NCBI GenBank assembly: GCA_963708135.1
Contig: OY970192.1
Coordinates: 4,384,001 to 4,448,000, forward strand
DNA from: an uncultured Gemmatimonadales bacterium
GTDB taxonomy: Bacteria > Gemmatimonadota > Gemmatimonadetes > Longimicrobiales > RSA9
Length of the DNA: 64,000 bases
Direction: 5' to 3'
Part shown: piece after piece, positions 61,939-64,000 of the stretch
Numbering within the stretch: position 1 is the stretch's first letter
Layout: the number at the start of each line of letters is the position of its first letter
Program-made: the position numbers and the translations under genes
Notes under the pieces: generated by a model
Databases searched by the model: none
What the model was told of the DNA's origin: nothing
The model's input: the letters and a program-made list of their open reading frames with translations, nothing else

Positions 61939-62754
61939 CTACTGCGTCCGGAAATCGACCGGCAGCGCCACCCACACCGGCACCTTCTGGTCCCGGTTCA
62001 GCGCCGGACTGAACTTCATCACGTCCGCGACCTTGAGGGCCGCCTCGTCCAGCGCGTCGTGGCCGCTCGACTTCTTGATCTGCGTCTTCACGACCTTGCC
62101 GTTCTCGTCGATCAGGAACCAGACCAGCACCGTCCCGCCCACGCCCGCGTCCCTGAGCAGCGGCGGGTAATCCCGCTGCAGCGCGCTCTGCACCTCCGAG
62201 CGGTTCTTCAGCCGCGGTGCCACGGTGTACGGCGTGAACGTCGGCGCCGCGCCGACATCCTCGGCCGTCACCTTCGTCTGCCCCGTGGGCGTGCCGTTCG
62301 CGCTCCCGCCGACCGCCCCCTCGCCCGTGAAGTCCGCCGGGTTCGTCGTCGGCGCCGCCGTCGGCGGCGGGATCACCGGCATCACCACTTTCGGCGGCGC
62401 CAGCGTCTTGAATCCCTTGGGCGTCGCCTTCGGCACCACCGGCGCCTGCTGCGGCGGCGTCGGAGAGGGCGCCGCCTGCGGCGGCTTCGGGACATGGAGC
62501 TTCGGCGGCGCCGGCGGCGGCGGCTCCTTCGGGATGTTGTAGAGCGTGACCTCCTGCGGCTTCTCCTCCGTCGGCGTGGCCGCCTGCACCGTAGCCCAGA
62601 CCAGCAGCGCGATCACGGCGGCGTGAAATACCACCGCCACCGCCGAGGCCGCCGTCCTCGAACGACTCTCACGCGGCGGCCGGCTCGAGACCAGATGACT
62701 GAACATCCGCTTCTCGGGCGGTCTGCCGCCGTTCTCCGTTCCGTGTTCCGCCAT
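61939..62754 (-). CDS. tonB: Energy transducer TonB
   Basis: TM with SxxxxxxH-like motif, Pro-rich linker, YP...GTVLV...IDENG...SSG...LDEAAL...FSPA. Confidence 0.9.
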   Translation of the reverse strand: MAEHGTENGGRPPEKRMFSHLVSSRPPRESRSRTAASAVAVVFHAAVIALLVWATVQAATPTEEKPQEVTLYNIPKEPPPPAPPKLHVPKPPQAAPSPTPPQQAPVVPKATPKGFKTLAPPKVVMPVIPPPTAAPTTNPADFTGEGAVGGSANGTPTGQTKVTAEDVGAAPTFTPYTVAPRLKNRSEVQSALQRDYPPLLRDAGVGGTVLVWFLIDENGKVVKTQIKKSSGHDALDEAALKVADVMKFSPALNRDQKVPVWVALPVDFRTQ

Positions 62755-62945
62755 GCGCTCCCTCCTTGCTGCACGCTCTCGTCCCCGCGCCGCGCACGCT
62801 CCGCTCGGGACGTCCGCTTTCGCGCTGGGGTCCGCGGTTTCCGTATCCGTCCGAGGTGCAACAGGCGTGCCGCCGTAGTATCTAAGTCCCTATATAATAT
62901 ACACTTACGTGTCCTGCATGGGAAGGGGGGGCCATGCATCCGGCG

Positions 62946-63110
62946 GGGTGTTTTCTCGCGGGGGGCGGGTTCGTCGTCGGACTCTCTTCTCGCGGAGGGG
63001 GCGGCTCGGCCAACCTCGGCGGCTCTGCGCGAGAGAGAGGCACGCCGGCAGCTCCGGTAACGGGACCCCTCTTCGAGAGGAGGAGGCATGCCGGTAGCCT
63101 CGGGAACGCG
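62946..63110 (-). repeat. Inverted copy of the 29545-29996 repeat family
   Basis: Reverse complement gives CGTTACCGGAGCTGCCGGCGTGCCTCTCTCT and CCTCCGCGAGAAGAGAGTCCGACGACGAACCCGCC, matching units at 29629-29660 and 29850-29935. Confidence 0.8.
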
Positions 63111-63155
63111 GGGTGCGCGAGAGTGAGGTCGGCACCGCTCCGCCGATCCGGTAGG

Positions 63156-63995
63156 TTAGCGGCGCGGGCCGAACCAGGCGCCGGCCGAGATCAGGACGCC
63201 GCTGCTCGGGCTGCTGGGGCGGTAGCCCTTCAGCCACTCGAGCCGCACCCAGCGTCGCCCGCCGAACCGCGCTCCCAGGCGTACCTCGCCGAGCGGGAGG
63301 TTCCCGCGGATGACGCGGTACTTCAGGCCATCCTCCTGCCCCAGAAGCTCGACAACGGATGTGAGGGCATGCCAGCGGTACTGGAGGTGGGCGGCGTACG
63401 CCCATTCGTCGGATTGCTCGAAGAAGGAGAGCCGGGTGCCATTGATGCTCACGCCGTTCTCGACTCCCGCCAGGAAGCCGCCGCGGTGGTAGGCGAGGCC
63501 GGCGAGGGCGAAGAAGTCGGTCTGGTCGCGCCCGATCCCTTTGCGGTTGTTCGTCGTCGGCAGCCGGGTCCCGAACCGCAGCGTGCCGAGGAACGGCCAG
63601 CGCTCCGGCGTCAGCCGCACCGCCGTCTCGACCCGGAAGTCTCCCGCGTCAACGCGCGGCTCCCCGGTCGGCGGAAAGGCGCCACCCGTCGTGTCCGCGT
63701 ACACGGACTGGTCCACGAAGCGCCGCACCATTGTCCCGGAGCCCTCCAGCGTCACCCTGCCGCTCCGCCAGAGCAGCCGGAAGTTTCCCCACTCCGTGAG
63801 CCGCCCCTCCGTCCCGGCCAGCTGCAGGTGCTGCCCCGACTCCGTACCGACACCCAGCTCTGCCATCACAACGCGGCCCTGCAGGAACGCCTCCCATTGC
63901 ACGGCGTCCAGCGGCCGGAGCTGCGCCCGCGCGGGCGCGACGCCGCAGGCGAGGAGCGCGAGCGCCGTTGCGACGCGCGGAAGCAGCCCGCGCAC
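63156..63995 (-). CDS. Secreted hypothetical protein (possible beta-barrel)
   Basis: Signal peptide ending ARA-Q, beta-strand-rich; GTG start at the window edge. Confidence 0.7.
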   Translation of the reverse strand: MRGLLPRVATALALLACGVAPARAQLRPLDAVQWEAFLQGRVVMAELGVGTESGQHLQLAGTEGRLTEWGNFRLLWRSGRVTLEGSGTMVRRFVDQSVYADTTGGAFPPTGEPRVDAGDFRVETAVRLTPERWPFLGTLRFGTRLPTTNNRKGIGRDQTDFFALAGLAYHRGGFLAGVENGVSINGTRLSFFEQSDEWAYAAHLQYRWHALTSVVELLGQEDGLKYRVIRGNLPLGEVRLGARFGGRRWVRLEWLKGYRPSSPSSGVLISAGAWFGPRR

Positions 63996-64000
63996 ATCCT

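Overview
A very GC-rich (roughly 70-75% by eye) bacterial chromosomal segment of about 45 mostly housekeeping and accessory genes. The ADOP-type permease, several S9/M14 peptidases, TonB proteins and OM beta-barrel suggest a diderm such as Gemmatimonadota (inference only). Contents include DNA repair genes (AddAB-like pair, short RecQ, YcaQ-like glycosylase, MutS-related ATPase), a metY-metX-hom methionine operon, PBP1A, transporters, a stand-alone infC with a non-AUG start, and rpsU. No rRNA, tRNA, CRISPR or intact mobile element was seen. The best candidate for an undescribed system is upstream of metY: a promoter, a 32-aa Met/Cys-rich leader peptide ([14 protein letters not shown]...), alternative pairings and an intrinsic terminator, i.e. 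a classical ribosome-mediated attenuator apparently sensing Met/Cys instead of a SAM riboswitch. Other points of interest: a Mesh1-like (p)ppGpp-hydrolase/CYTH fusion, a His/Met/Cys-rich DUF2946-like leader ending in TAPP upstream of a TonB-dependent receptor, a terminator directly before rpsU, an internally deleted IS481-like remnant, and several families of short-period intergenic repeats.
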